DNA of 63,515 nt, counting the filler, from Phoronis australis (taxonomy: Eukaryota > Animalia > Phoronida): assembly GCA_002633005.1 (NCBI GenBank). It is 7 parts of 7 records of this genome, joined end to end, with 100 filler letters (N's around TTAATTAATTAA, not from the genome) between each part and the next. Parts side by side here need not be neighbours in the genome. Positions count along the whole stretch, not along the records: positions 28,580 to 54,106 come from NMRA01001345.1; positions 54,207 to 57,068 come from NMRA01003366.1; positions 57,169 to 59,902 come from NMRA01003460.1; positions 60,003 to 62,348 come from NMRA01003725.1; positions 62,449 to 63,515 come from NMRA01003946.1; 2 more parts are not named here. One strand, 5' to 3'. Every line of letters begins with the position of its first letter. Position 1 is the stretch's first letter. Below the pieces are notes generated by a model. The model was not told where the DNA came from, made no database searches, and worked only from the letters and a program-made list of their open reading frames with translations. Below, one piece after another: positions 48,620-63,515 of this stretch. A program made the position numbers and the translations under genes.

Positions 48620-49359
48620 CTGTAAGAATGCGGTATACCAGAAAATATCTACTTCTTTGTCTCTACGTGTATCCGCTTTTGCATTTTGGATGTCTGGAGT
48701 GGTGTACAGTTAATGCAGGTGAACTCTAATTGCCTTTCTCAATATCTTCAAGATACGCAGTTGCCGACAATGAAGTGTGTCTAAAATGTGGAGCGGTGAA
48801 CATAATTACAACTGTACAAGAATGTCAGTGTAGACAACACCTCCACAGATTTTACGAGCGAGTTCAACGAAAACACTTCGATTATTTACGCGAATGCGTT
48901 TTTCTTTTGCCTTTGTTTTCACAGAAATCTGCGAGGCCAGGTATCCTCAACTTCCCCAGCTCCAAAGCAGCATGACCTTAAAGTACTCCTCACTCACGCG
49001 CTCATGTTGCCAGGCATGTAATTCTAAATTCAATGAGTCAACACAAATATGCGTCATTTGATAAAATTGAGTGTCCAAGTCGTCCGTAGCCCTACGCCAC
49101 TCTGATCCAATTGTCACATACGACTCCATGTGCGAAGGAGTATACGACAATCGGACCACTGTCTGCACACTCCACATATCTCAATGTAGAAAGAAAGTGT
49201 CATAGCAAAATCGAGCGTGCTCTATCCCAAACGTCTTATCGTATACGACTTCTGATATTGAAAATCTGTGTCTGAACATCTGTCGACTTACTCCGTTTAA
49301 GCCCCCATGTCACACACGTCGTACGACAGATTTACGATAGTTACAGGGAGATATTACTT

Positions 49360-49530
49360 GGGATGAACATGCCATTAGTCTATTTTGGTTGGACACATGG
49401 GAATTAGCAAAACAAGTGACTGCATTCAAGGTAATTTTTATTGGTCACGTATGCAAGACGTCATAAATACATTTTTCAAGTCATTTGATTTGTGCAAAAG
49501 AACGATTTCCAAGAGTAGGGTTCCTATAAG
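49360..49530 (+). mobile_element. Gypsy-type integrase HHCC zinc-finger fragment
   Basis: H...GHMGISKT...IQGNFYWSRMQDVINTFFKSFDLCKRT. Confidence 0.7.
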
Positions 49531-49690
49531 GCACCCCCAAAGGCAAAATGCCTATTATGCACGAACCATTCTACATGGGAAACGCAGCACCGTAAAACGT
49601 GGGCGCTATAGCCCCCCAGCAACCTATGGTGCGCCGCCTATGTGAGCATGGGCGGCGCAGCACTGAAATATGTGGGGTGCTATAGACCAC

Positions 49691-53276
<3,586 letters not shown>

Positions 53277-53544
53277 NTGAAATACTGCAAACAATGACAT
53301 GGGGGAAACAGGAAAAGTCACGCAAAGAAGGCATAGCGTGCGGCGCCACCCTGTTTGCTGCTCATTCAAAACAGGCTTCTCGAATACTCAATACTTAAAA
53401 TCGCAGCACGTGCTTTACGTACCGTACTGACGTGTTCTCAACAATTTCTTGACGTGTGGTTTTACGTTCTTGACATTGCACAAAATGGCGGCATTTTGAA
53501 GACAGCAAACCGTTTCACCATTATAACATTGCTTGACATTTGAA

Positions 53545-54106
53545 CGAAGACATTCGTAATACAAACTCATAAACAACACTACACTGAGCAACGGGGCTGA
53601 CTTTCGGTTTAAAAATGTTATTTTTCATGACAAAGTTGGATGACCTCCTACTCCATGCGCGCACCCAGGGGGAGTCCTCCATATTGAAGGCTGGGTGCGT
53701 GCATGTATTCCGATTATAAATAATGACATCGAGGTAATCATCGGGCTTACAAACTTTAACATTATCCCTAATGATTTTCGTAATGGCGTGTTTGTGGTAA
53801 TTATTGACATAACATTTTTTGTAAAACACCTTTTTGGTCACACGGCTGCGACAGCTAGGCAGTGGATTCACAATTGATTCTGGACATGAATCAATTAACA
53901 GGGCTGTCTACAAAAGCATTGGTGAAGCCATTATTCACCAGCGTTTGTCTTATACGATCTACCTCTTGATTGAACAATAGCCAATTAGACGACATCAAAT
54001 ACTCCCTCTTAAGGAAGTTGACCACAACGGGGACCTTAGACCGCTCACGTCACTCGATTTTGGCGTGAAGCCAGACACCTTTATCAGTAGGCTTGTGATA
54101 AACTGA
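53545..54106 (-). mobile_element. Penelope-like element fragment (RT thumb and linker up to the start of the GIY-YIG domain)
   Basis: SVYHKPTDKG...SSNWLLFNQEVDRIRQTLVNNGF...VMKNN...VVYEF. Confidence 0.75.
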
Positions 54107-54206
54107 NNNNNNNNNNNNNNNNNNNNNNNNNNNNNNNNNNNNNNNNNNNNTTAATTAATTAANNNNNNNNNNNNNNNNNNNNNNNNNNNNNNNNNNNNNN
54201 NNNNNN

Positions 54207-55245
54207 AATTACTATATTTAGACAACTGGAGACCTACCTCTCTTTTGAACTGTGACTATGAATTGGTAACTAAAACAATCGCAGACAAAATATACAAATA
54301 TGTTAACAATTTAATTCATCCAGATCAAACGTCCCTGCCAAAACGTTTTATAGGCCAGAATATACGTGTAATTGACGATATGATTTAATTTTATAAAGAA
54401 AAGCACACTCCCCGTCACATTGTATTCCTGGATTTCAGTCAAGAAAGCGTACGATACTGTAAGGTGGGAGTTTTTATTTCAGTCCTTGAAAGCTTTTAAT
54501 TTTGGTGAAGTTTTTATCAATAGAATCCGTACATTGTATTCTGGAATTTCGTCACGTGGGTTGACCAACGAATTTACATCACAGTATTTATTTTTAACAT
54601 AGAGAAAGGCCTCCGACAAGAAGACCCACTATCAAGTCCGCTGTTCGTCCTGGGTGCAGAAATTATTTCACATCATATCAGAAGCAATGAATTAATTAGA
54701 GGCTTCACAATAGCCAAGCACGAAATACAAATCGCACAGTATGCAGACGATATAGTTCTTTTTGTTAAAGACGTAGAATCTGGCAATAACTGTTTTAGAT
54801 TTTTAGATTATTTAGGAACATTATCTGGACTCCATTTGAATTATGAAAAATGCCAAGGGAAGTTTGCCTCAACAATGCACCGAAATCGTAATCCACTTTA
54901 CGGAATCAGGTGGCCCCAAAAGCCCATTAAAAGTCTAGGAATATTCTTTGGAGGAAAAGGGGAAGACGCTGAAAAACTCAATTTTGACGAAAAAAATCCA
55001 AAAACTTAAAGACCCGTTTAATATTTGGAAAACACGAAATTTGTCCATCAAAGGCAGAACCTTCCTTACGAAATTGTTGGTTTATCTTAACTCTCATGTA
55101 GTGTAAACTGTGGGTATCACCACACAAGTATTCGCGAAGTTAATAAACTTATCAGAGAATTTATTTGGTTAAATAAACCACCAAAAATTAAAGAAACTGT
55201 AACTATTTCATATCAAGAGGGTGGTTTGAAATATCCTAACATGGA
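54207..55245 (+). mobile_element. Degenerate L1/Tx1-clade reverse transcriptase fragment
   Basis: LDNWRPTSLLNCDY...IHPDQT...RFIGQNIR...FLDF.KAYDTVRWEFL...GLRQEDPLS..LF...QYADD...IKSLGI...GGL. Confidence 0.85.
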
Positions 55246-55850
55246 ACTGATCAAGTTATTGTTATTTTTCAGATACAGGTGTACTTATTTGCTCTATTAA
55301 TATGATGTGTTATACTCTAGTAAGTTGTGAAGAGTGGGGCCACCAACCTCAGCCGTATCTACTATTCATTAATCGTATGCTTTCTGTGTAAGGAAACGTA
55401 TTGAAAAAGAAAAAAATTAACATTGCAGTTAGCAGTATCAGTAGCTGCAACAATTTTGTCGTTGTTGTGCATCTAAATCCTTATATGAAATATCTTAAAC
55501 GGATATGCTGGGGCTGGACCTTTTACGCGGGGTGGGGTTCGATCGAACCCCCGAACCCCCCTGGCTACGGGCCTGTAAAGAACTACCTTAATACGTAGAC
55601 TTCACCTGTCAGGCGGAATGAAGATTAGCTCAATGATGTGTGATCAAAACCTTCGCTTAAAAGTTATCGGTTTTTCCTTGAACTGATCAGGAACAGGTTC
55701 TGTGTCATAAAAATTAGGATGGCTACCTGTTTATTCATGACGCCAGTTGCAAAAAACACTAGGCCCAACATGAAGTGATTTTGAGTTTTCTCCACAAACT
55801 TCCAAAAAACGATTTGTGGAACGATGGCACCACTGTTTAACAGCACTTAC

Positions 55851-55918
55851 CCAGTAAAATCCTTCGGTTTCTCAGCACACACTAATACCAGCACTGCGCA
55901 CCATGCAAGTACCTTCAT
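55851..55918 (-). CDS. First coding exon of a probable secreted M14 carboxypeptidase A/B-like zymogen
   Basis: MKVLAWCAVLVLVCAEKPKDFTG|GTAAGT: a signal peptide plus KDFxG and a phase-2 donor, as in CPA exon 1 (KEDFVG). TATA-like and GC-box motifs ~55-65 nt upstream. Downstream exons not found. Confidence 0.5.
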
Positions 55919-55967
55919 TTCGGCTGGTGAGGGTAGCTGAGGAAGGTGGGGTCGTTCCCGTGGCTGT

Positions 55968-55982
55968 TCTTATAAGCCGCCC
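55968..55982 (-). promoter_or_regulatory. Putative core promoter (GGGCGG plus TATAAG) of the exon at 55918
   Basis: Minus strand GGGCGGCTTATAAGAAC. Confidence 0.35.
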
Positions 55983-57851
55983 AATATCTTTATCTGCGGC
56001 GAGAACAGCCAGCCTTTGGGTGGGGACATCTGCGACTAAATATGAAATCTTCCCTTTAGGTCGTCACGTTCTAATAGACTATGTATGAGCTTGAATAATG
56101 GGTGCGTGTGAGGGAACAATTGCAGCACAATTATCGTGTTGTTGCTTTACGCAGTCTTGTACAGGTAATTGTAAAAGAACTATGACTAATATTAGTACTG
56201 TCAACTTATTTGTTTTTGAAAGTCATTACAAGAAACTGTACGCCGGCAATGCAAGGACGTTACTCACGTGAATCAATTGTATTTTCTGTAAAACGATCAA
56301 GGTTTTATGTTGCCGCTTCTTCGCCTTTTAAGTCAAGTAAACTATTTGTGTAGCGAAATTTCTAATGCGTAAGGATGAATTTTCTGGAATTTCAAACAGT
56401 TGATTAAATAGTTCGAAATTCTAACTGTTTAATGTAAGTAAATACATGTACATGTACACTTAAGTCTTACCTGCTGCAGGCTTGAATTATATTTGGATGT
56501 TTTGAAGAAAAAAATGGATAACAAAATATTGATAACGAATATCACCAGTAAACGTAAACGTGTATCTTATGAAAAGACAGGTCAATTGTCAGGTTTCTTG
56601 TTAATCTGGTGACCTCCACGACGCGACGACGATAACTGTGAACATGACAGCTGCAAATCCTCACAGCCGCACCGTCAACAGGAATGTCAGTTCATGAAGT
56701 TCGTTTATGCAATGAAACCAGGAATTTTATGACTGAGACAACAAAGTTCATTGCACCACCAATTCAAATAGACTTTACATCTAAGGTTTCTGACCAAGAG
56801 TTTATTGCTGAATAAAAATGGCAACATTTCAGAGGTTCCAAGATATCCCTTGAGTGAAAGTTGTCGAGAAAATTTTAAAGCGGTTTTCGGGGTTTTGACG
56901 CAATCTTTTACACGACTTGAAATACAGTTTTTCTAATTTAATGGAGCGCGAGTGTGCATAGAAACGATAATCATGAATTTTTGCTTGTCGTTTTTCCATG
57001 CTTATTTGAAAAGAGAGCTTTCGTATTTGTTGCTTATATTGAAAAGTGTTTGTTTATGATTGGCTTGCNNNNNNNNNNNNNNNNNNNNNNNNNNNNNNNN
57101 NNNNNNNNNNNNTTAATTAATTAANNNNNNNNNNNNNNNNNNNNNNNNNNNNNNNNNNNNNNNNNNNNGTTAAAGGTTATCGGGGGCACAGATATAAAAT
57201 CGTCAAATGCGTTGAAATTATATTTCAACTTTCCAGTGTCAATCCTATATCAGCTTCGCAGCCAAGTCTTCAATCTATGGCTTGCACTATCATATGATGA
57301 CCTTTTTGTCCTGAGCTGTTATCAAAGATCTCCCTCTAGCGGCCGCATTATTTGGAAAAAATGCACAGCGAGGCATTATTATTATTTAGACAGGTTAATT
57401 TTGTATGAGGCATTGCCTATAAATGTTATTGGTGTGACTAATTAGAAGTAAGTTAATTGTAATTAATATTTCGCACTATGTAAAGAAATTCTAACCTTAA
57501 GTTCCAGATTTTTGTTCAATCCAAAATCCTGTACCAACTAGAGTGCACGCCACCCCGATTATCGAATTATCACATGCAGATCTGTGTCGTTCACCGTAAC
57601 ACTACAAAAAGTTTGCATTTGTGTTAAATTATAATTGAGAATGAGATTTTGATAAAGATTTCTTACAAAATGTTTTATATCGATTTAGTACATTTAATAA
57701 GATTAAATGTTGTCGATGCTGATTTGAAAGTGAAAAGTCCAGTTTTGTCACAATTTCAGACAGAATCACTTTCTTATTGGCAAGTGATTAGATTTGCAAT
57801 TTGAGTAAATTGGTCAAGTAAGTATTTACATCAAATATCCTTTCTCTTCAG

Positions 57852-59464
57852 CCGCTGATACTGGTCGCACGGAGCTGTTCGAAAAAACCATACCACTAAC
57901 GGAGCTGGCAAATGTTGTTCTCAACGATTCAGGCGACGAAATAAGAAATGCTAAAAAGTAAGCTTTCCTTGCGATTTTAATTCGCCAACAGACCCGCTTA
58001 CCGTTCAGAAAAACTAGGACCTCGCTAAAAACAATACTTCGCAAGATTACACGAGATATTACCGTGTATTTCAAATGAGAACACGTGGCTTCGGCTTGAT
58101 TTTAGCTAGGACCTAGCGTATGTCCTAGCGTTACTGAACGTAGGCCCGGTCACTGAAGATGACTCAAAAATAAAATTTTAAAGATTATTTTGTTCATATA
58201 TAAAGATTTATCATAATACAGTTACTGGTGATGTTAATATTGGTATTCTTCGATCTGTCAGGTCACCTCTGGTGATAGATCCGGCCGGACAAGCGGAGGT
58301 GTTCTTCCGTTATCGAAACGTCAACAATCTCGACGCACTCAGCAGCGCCGATATGCAACCGGAAAGAATTCGACTGGCTGTTATAGGCGGCATTAGGTAA
58401 GTTTACGTTGTGTCATAATTGTAGTGTTACATGTAAGAATGGATTACAAAATAAATATGAACACAGATTACCATTGCAGTCACCTTCACTTCCGTATCCG
58501 TATATTGTACGAAGGCACAGACCTCCATCTTTGTACTCTAATCATAGCACCGTAGCGAACGTATTTGCGCGACGTAGACAATTATTCGTTACAACTCAGT
58601 ACATGTTTGGGTAAGCACCATGGACTATAAAAAATAAAGTGGAAAACTTGAGACATAAGCAAACAACCAATTTACAAGGTGCTGCCGCCTGTGCCTGTAG
58701 GTGATGCAGAGCAAATGCGCGCAAAATGTGGGAAGATGCATTATGATTTTGACACACACACATGGGTCTAAATTCTCGCATACATACAGTTAGTCCTAAT
58801 CCGTAGCCTCAGTCAGTTAATGGGAGGTCGAACCCAAACTTTGGGCTACGAAACTCTCCATTCCGTCACCCCTTGTATCACGTGCTGCAAAACTTTTCTC
58901 GCCAACACCGCCATGCAGCTTTCCCCTCCGATGAGTCCACAAGTCTTTTCAGCCTTGACCTTTCCGCCCTCTAGCATATATCCGGGTCTTTTGCCTTAAG
59001 CGGCATCTCATCTGGCTGTCTAAAAATGAAAGTCGATATTCCTTCCATTGTCAGATTCTGTTTCCATGAGAACATCGAAAGCATCAGGGACTCGAGAAAC
59101 CGCTCCAGGGTTTATTGAGGGTCGGGTCAACCCTAAAACAGCGGATTCGAAAATGGGACATGAACGCATCCCGTTGAGTTGCTTATTCGGCAGTTATTCA
59201 AAATGGTAATGTTTTAAGACCCTAATCGCGTCGAATAGTGGGCAAAATGCGGCTTTAAATGCAGAGGTCGATCGTAAACTAAACCTCTTGGTGATACATG
59301 TATATGAACCTTTGTCTTTTCGTTCGTATTTCAAGGTATGGGAAGCCAGTGGTTGTCACCATAGAGACGGCCGATTTGTTCGACGCTGTCACCGAGAGAT
59401 TGGAAGAAGTACACAAGGGACTTACGGACATGCTACTGAACACGAGCATACTGGACAACGAACA
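57852..59464 (+). CDS. IQANK1: IQANK1 C-terminal-domain-like protein, three internal exons
   Basis: Exons 57852-57957, 58262-58396, 59336-59464, in phase: ELANVVLNDSGDEIRNAKKSPLVIDPAGQAEVFFRYRNVNNLDA...PERIRLAVIGGIRYGKPVV...DLF. Resembles the recalled IQANK1 segment PLVIDPxGQA..FLRY...LGALRYGKP. Confidence 0.75.
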
Positions 59465-60419
59465 GTAAGTGGTGCACACGTGTCTTGCGAACGAAGTTTA
59501 ATTTTACTATTTGCATAGCAGTATACTATGAGACCTTGTTGCACAAAAAACGTGCTGAAGAATGTGGGGATTCCAAAGCGTTTTATTGGCAAAGGTACGA
59601 TTTCATCGATGAATGGGAAATTAACTTATTCTTCCTGGGCCGTCTCCACTGACGATAATCTTTTCCCATTGAGACCGTTTGTTTCTTGGAAACTGTCACT
59701 GGTCGGGGTCACCTCTTCTCAACAGTCTAGCTTAACGAGTATTTCTCGTCATAAAACTATGAGAGCAGATGTTCTTACCAGGAAGAGGATAGAACTGATG
59801 GGGAATGAGTCAAACCGAAGAGAAATCTTCTGTTATCTAAATCATTTGTGGCTAAACCTCCTGAACCGTCATGGATCCGCCACTACACTGAGCTGATTTA
59901 ATNNNNNNNNNNNNNNNNNNNNNNNNNNNNNNNNNNNNNNNNNNNNTTAATTAATTAANNNNNNNNNNNNNNNNNNNNNNNNNNNNNNNNNNNNNNNNNN
60001 NNCCGGCCACTCTACCTATAAGCAGTTGCGGTCCTGCTGTGACATTTAAACATTTCTTATTCATACTTGGAATCGTCCCGCTTTTGGCAAGTAAGGCTCT
60101 TTTAGAAAGACGGCGACGGCTTCCTATTTTCGAACGGGCTCCACTTTTTTGTGCCTCCTAGTAGCCACTTTTATGATGCCAGCAAAAGCCGTTTACATTG
60201 CAGTCGTGAGCGCATTTCAGTGCTTTGTGTTGCAGAATGAAACCAACCAATGAAAACAGAGAACTTACATTTGCATATCCACCCAATATTGTCTCTGTAC
60301 GACGGACAAATCGCAAACCGTGAAAAGGGTCAATTGAAATTTCAGAAATTTTAGGTCGAGTCATTTCCATCGAATTTTTAAATTGAATTTTTCATAATTT
60401 TATTATTAGGAAAGGATAC

Positions 60420-60666
60420 CTTGAAATTGATCTGCTGCAGAATCGTAAGAGTTCACCACTTTCAAGACATATCCATCCTTCTGCCTACTCCCTGAGACAG
60501 TGACGTGATAGTTCAGATCGTCATATCCGTCCAGTTTGTACAGATCAATAACATCTAAGCCGTAAACACGGGCCATGAGTGACTTTACATCGACGTCACT
60601 AATTTTTGGCTGAGTGATGACACGTTCTCTTTGCTCTGCGCTGAATGTTCTCCCTGTATATTCCAT
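60420..60666 (-). CDS. HYKK: Hydroxylysine kinase (AGPHD1)-like, first coding exon
   Basis: M...QPKISDVDVKSLMARVYGL...KLDGYDDLNYHV...YVLKVVNS matches the HYKK N-terminus (SYDDQNFHV...YVLKISN). Ends at G|GTATCCTTT. Confidence 0.78.
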
Positions 60667-62449
60667 GGTTTTGCACCTAAAACGAGAAAGCACACGCCTG
60701 AATAATTTGTGCTTTTCTGAACCCAGTCTGTGTATACATTTGATTAGATTGTTAGAGCAATCATCATTGTTGTCATCCTGGCAAGACATCGACGTTAAAG
60801 TTGAAGGGGGAGACCTCAAACCCACATGCCCGGACTTCAAAACCATCTGGCTGGACTGCAAANTTTTGCACCTAAAACGAGAAAGCACACGCCTGAATAA
60901 TTTGTGCTTTTCTGAACCCAGTCTGTGTATACATTTGATCAGATTGTTAGAGCAATCATCATTGTTGTCATCCTGGCAAGACATCGACGTTAAAGTTGAA
61001 GGGGGAGACCTCAAACCCACATGCCCGGACTTCAAAACCAGCTGGCTGGACTGCAAAACGCAATATGGCTGGTGCTCTAACTTGGTGGTCGGACTTCAAA
61101 ACACCATGTCAAGTACCACAAAACCAGATGGCCGCAGCAAAAAAAAAACTGGCTGGCCGGACCTAAACCGCGTTGGCCAGTGCTCAAAATCCAATGGCCG
61201 AAAAAATACCATAAAAGCAAGTACGTAGGCCTACTTCAGTACATTACTCCAGTCGGGAAAAGGTACGTCTCAGTGCAACCCCGTACATCACTTTCCAAAT
61301 TGCAGGAAGATTGAAATTTGAAGGGAAAAGGCAAAAACGGTTGTTAGTAAGATGACAAAATGTTTCGCCGCAGTGGTGAGGAGGCAGTTCACTGTTATCA
61401 ACATATTTGTAATATTCTAAGCCTTGCTCCTTATTCTCTTGGATCCGTAATCGGAAACCCACCGAAATCTACAACAACCAAAAAGTTCGTGCTAGTGGCA
61501 GGAAAGATGGTCTCTGACATTCACAAATCTAAAATTGATTGTGTCCTACTCTTCCCATGCTTGGCTGCACCAAAGTCATACATTAAATGAGACAAATCAC
61601 CGTATTGTCGTAAGTCTTAAACAGGCGTGATGGTGAATTTCTGGCATACAAGCGCATGCTGTCAAACGCTTACGACAAAGAAACACAGAGGATGAGAGAT
61701 GGAGGACTGTTAGATCCAATGTGTTTATATTCCGCTATCTTACCAAACTCGGTCATTGATCTCACGATGTTTGTGAAGAGGATGAAAGGGAAAATGACCA
61801 GTTATCTGACGAAAGTTTCGCTAGGACTTATGTAAACTTGTGCTTTTAGTGTTTTTATTGGCTTCTATGCACTTTTTGTGATCTGCCCAGACGAATTTAA
61901 AGAATGCTAGCGTTTTGTTTACTATTATAAAGAAACAAGGGATTAATTTGCAAATGAGTTTGTCGCAAGTCCTGACCCTCAAGACCTGGGTATAAACACT
62001 TACTTTTTCAACATGAGATATCGAAAATATAATAAAATTCGGTAATGACCGCCCTAAATTGCATGAAAAACATACGTGAGACATTTTTTTCCGGCTTGTT
62101 AACATCACTTTCATTTTTCCCACCACGTTTCCCTTAAGAACGCCACTTAGAAGTTGATGTCCGGGGCTGCACGACGGGCCATGATTTTCCGACTCAACTA
62201 CACGGCCTTGAATATAAAACTAAAAAGGCTGCAGTTTAAGGTCTTGCACGAAATTAGAGTCCTGTCAGTTGCCCCTTGAAAGTTGTGGCGACTGGGGGAG
62301 CTGCTGGACAATTGGGGCTATCACAGGGGATTTAAAGTTGGGCCCGGTNNNNNNNNNNNNNNNNNNNNNNNNNNNNNNNNNNNNNNNNNNNNTTAATTAA
62401 TTAANNNNNNNNNNNNNNNNNNNNNNNNNNNNNNNNNNNNNNNNNNNNG

Positions 62450-62592
62450 TTGGGGGGACCCGGGTCGAGTTGTGGGGACCTGGGTCGAGTTGTGGGGATC
62501 CGAGTCGAGTTGTGGGGATCGGGGACGAGTTGTGGGGACCCGAGTCTAGTTGTGGGGACCCGGGTCGAGTTGTGAGGACCCGGGTCGAGTTC
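62450..62592. repeat. 20-bp minisatellite (GGGGACCCGGGTCGAGTTGT), ~7 copies
   Basis: Direct inspection; abuts a gap. Confidence 0.9.
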
Positions 62593-62854
62593 CGCGTAGA
62601 CCTTGGGCAGTTATAGCCATGTAACCTTCATTACTGCGGGCAAACCGTGAGAAAATTGTATTCCATAATGCATAAGTTCTATAACATTTTAAAATTTCAA
62701 CGTCAACCGGCCGAGCTACGATTTGCGCCATTTAAAGGTTACGCTGGTAATGTATCCGCCATGGTTCTGGCAACCATTCACTTGCATGGTCGTGACCAAT
62801 GAGCTATAATCATCTTATTGATCTTGACTGACCTACCATCCGTGACTTAATTAC

Positions 62855-63030
62855 TTGGTCTCGAAGAGGGCACTCCAGCATTGTATGCAAATTTGTCGAA
62901 CAGGTGGTAATGGTTACCACCGGGATCACCTTGGTGAAATTGAGTGGGATGGGGACGGTCCACCTTCCCCGGTCTAGCAGTCACAGGGGGGTAGCATGAG
63001 CAAACGTTGGAGACGATGGGGTTGTACAAA
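62855..63030 (-). CDS. Possible isolated coding exon, product unknown
   Basis: TTACAG| open frame LYNPIVSNVCSCYPP...HYHLFDKFAYNAGVPSSRP |GTAATT; family not recognised. Confidence 0.25.
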
Positions 63031-63096
63031 CTGTAACCATAGGGAAGGGATGGATCAAAAATAATGACGACCAGCACGGAGCGGCATAAAATCAGT

Positions 63097-63307
63097 AGGG
63101 ATGGGGAGAGGGGGACAGCATAAACTCTATAGGGATTATGAGAGGGGGCAGCATATTCTCAATGAGGGTGGGGAGAAGGGAAGGGATATACTCTGCAGGC
63201 CGGGGATGGGGAGAGAGGGTGACATATTCTCAGTGGGGATGGCGAGAGGGGGCGGCTTATACTCTGTAGGCATGGGGAGACGGGGCAGCATATACTCAGT
63301 AGGGATG
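63097..63307. repeat. G-rich ~33-bp minisatellite
   Basis: GGGATGGGGAGAGGGGGCAGCATATACTCTGTA-like units, ~6 copies. Confidence 0.8.
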
Positions 63308-63515
63308 TTTTGCAAACGACTCGTTCAGTGACTTCACTAGACGCAGGGGTTGCTGAGTGTGTGATAACATCTAGTTTCTTTGCTAACTGCCAAGCACAGT
63401 CTTTTGTCTGGAATGACAACAAGCAGGCCAATTATCTATTGTTATGTTCGTGGTTTTCATTAAACTTGCAGAGTTCAAAACATAACCTTATATGGCACTG
63501 GTAGCTAGAATCATA

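Noticed and set aside
60668-61056. Apparent 65-aa tandem duplication extending the HYKK ORF N-terminally
   Set aside because: Near-identical 195-bp copies either side of a single n (60863): an unmerged contig overlap. The same pattern occurs at n1140, 6051, 14871 and 26862.

Overview
Eukaryotic (invertebrate animal-type) draft-assembly DNA made of short contigs joined by N gaps, with several assembly artefacts: a 3.6-kb poly-C run, TTAATTAATTAA gap linkers, and duplications around single n's. Intron-containing gene pieces I could reconstruct by hand: a decayed BIRC6/BRUCE fragment (-, ~3.7-11.5 kb); the 3' seven exons of a ZDHHC17/HIP14 palmitoyltransferase (+), including an AT-AC U12-type intron; the last five exons of a CLN3/battenin-like gene (-); a probable carboxypeptidase A/B first exon (-); three exons of an IQANK1-like gene (+); and the first exon of an HYKK-like kinase (-), followed by a U12-type GT donor. 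Mobile DNA: three Helentron/HINE-like elements built from ~150-bp monomers that each carry one CTCF-consensus motif; an internally deleted Kolobok transposon (THAP transposase plus a convergent KolX/P2X7-ballast-like ORF, TTAA TSD) nested in an older inverted-repeat element; a second THAP/Kolobok end; a CR1-group LINE with a 2A-like peptide; fragments of an RNase H LINE, Tx1/L1, Penelope and Gypsy; SINE heads; MITEs; and minisatellites. All homology calls come from recalled protein motifs, not from database searches.
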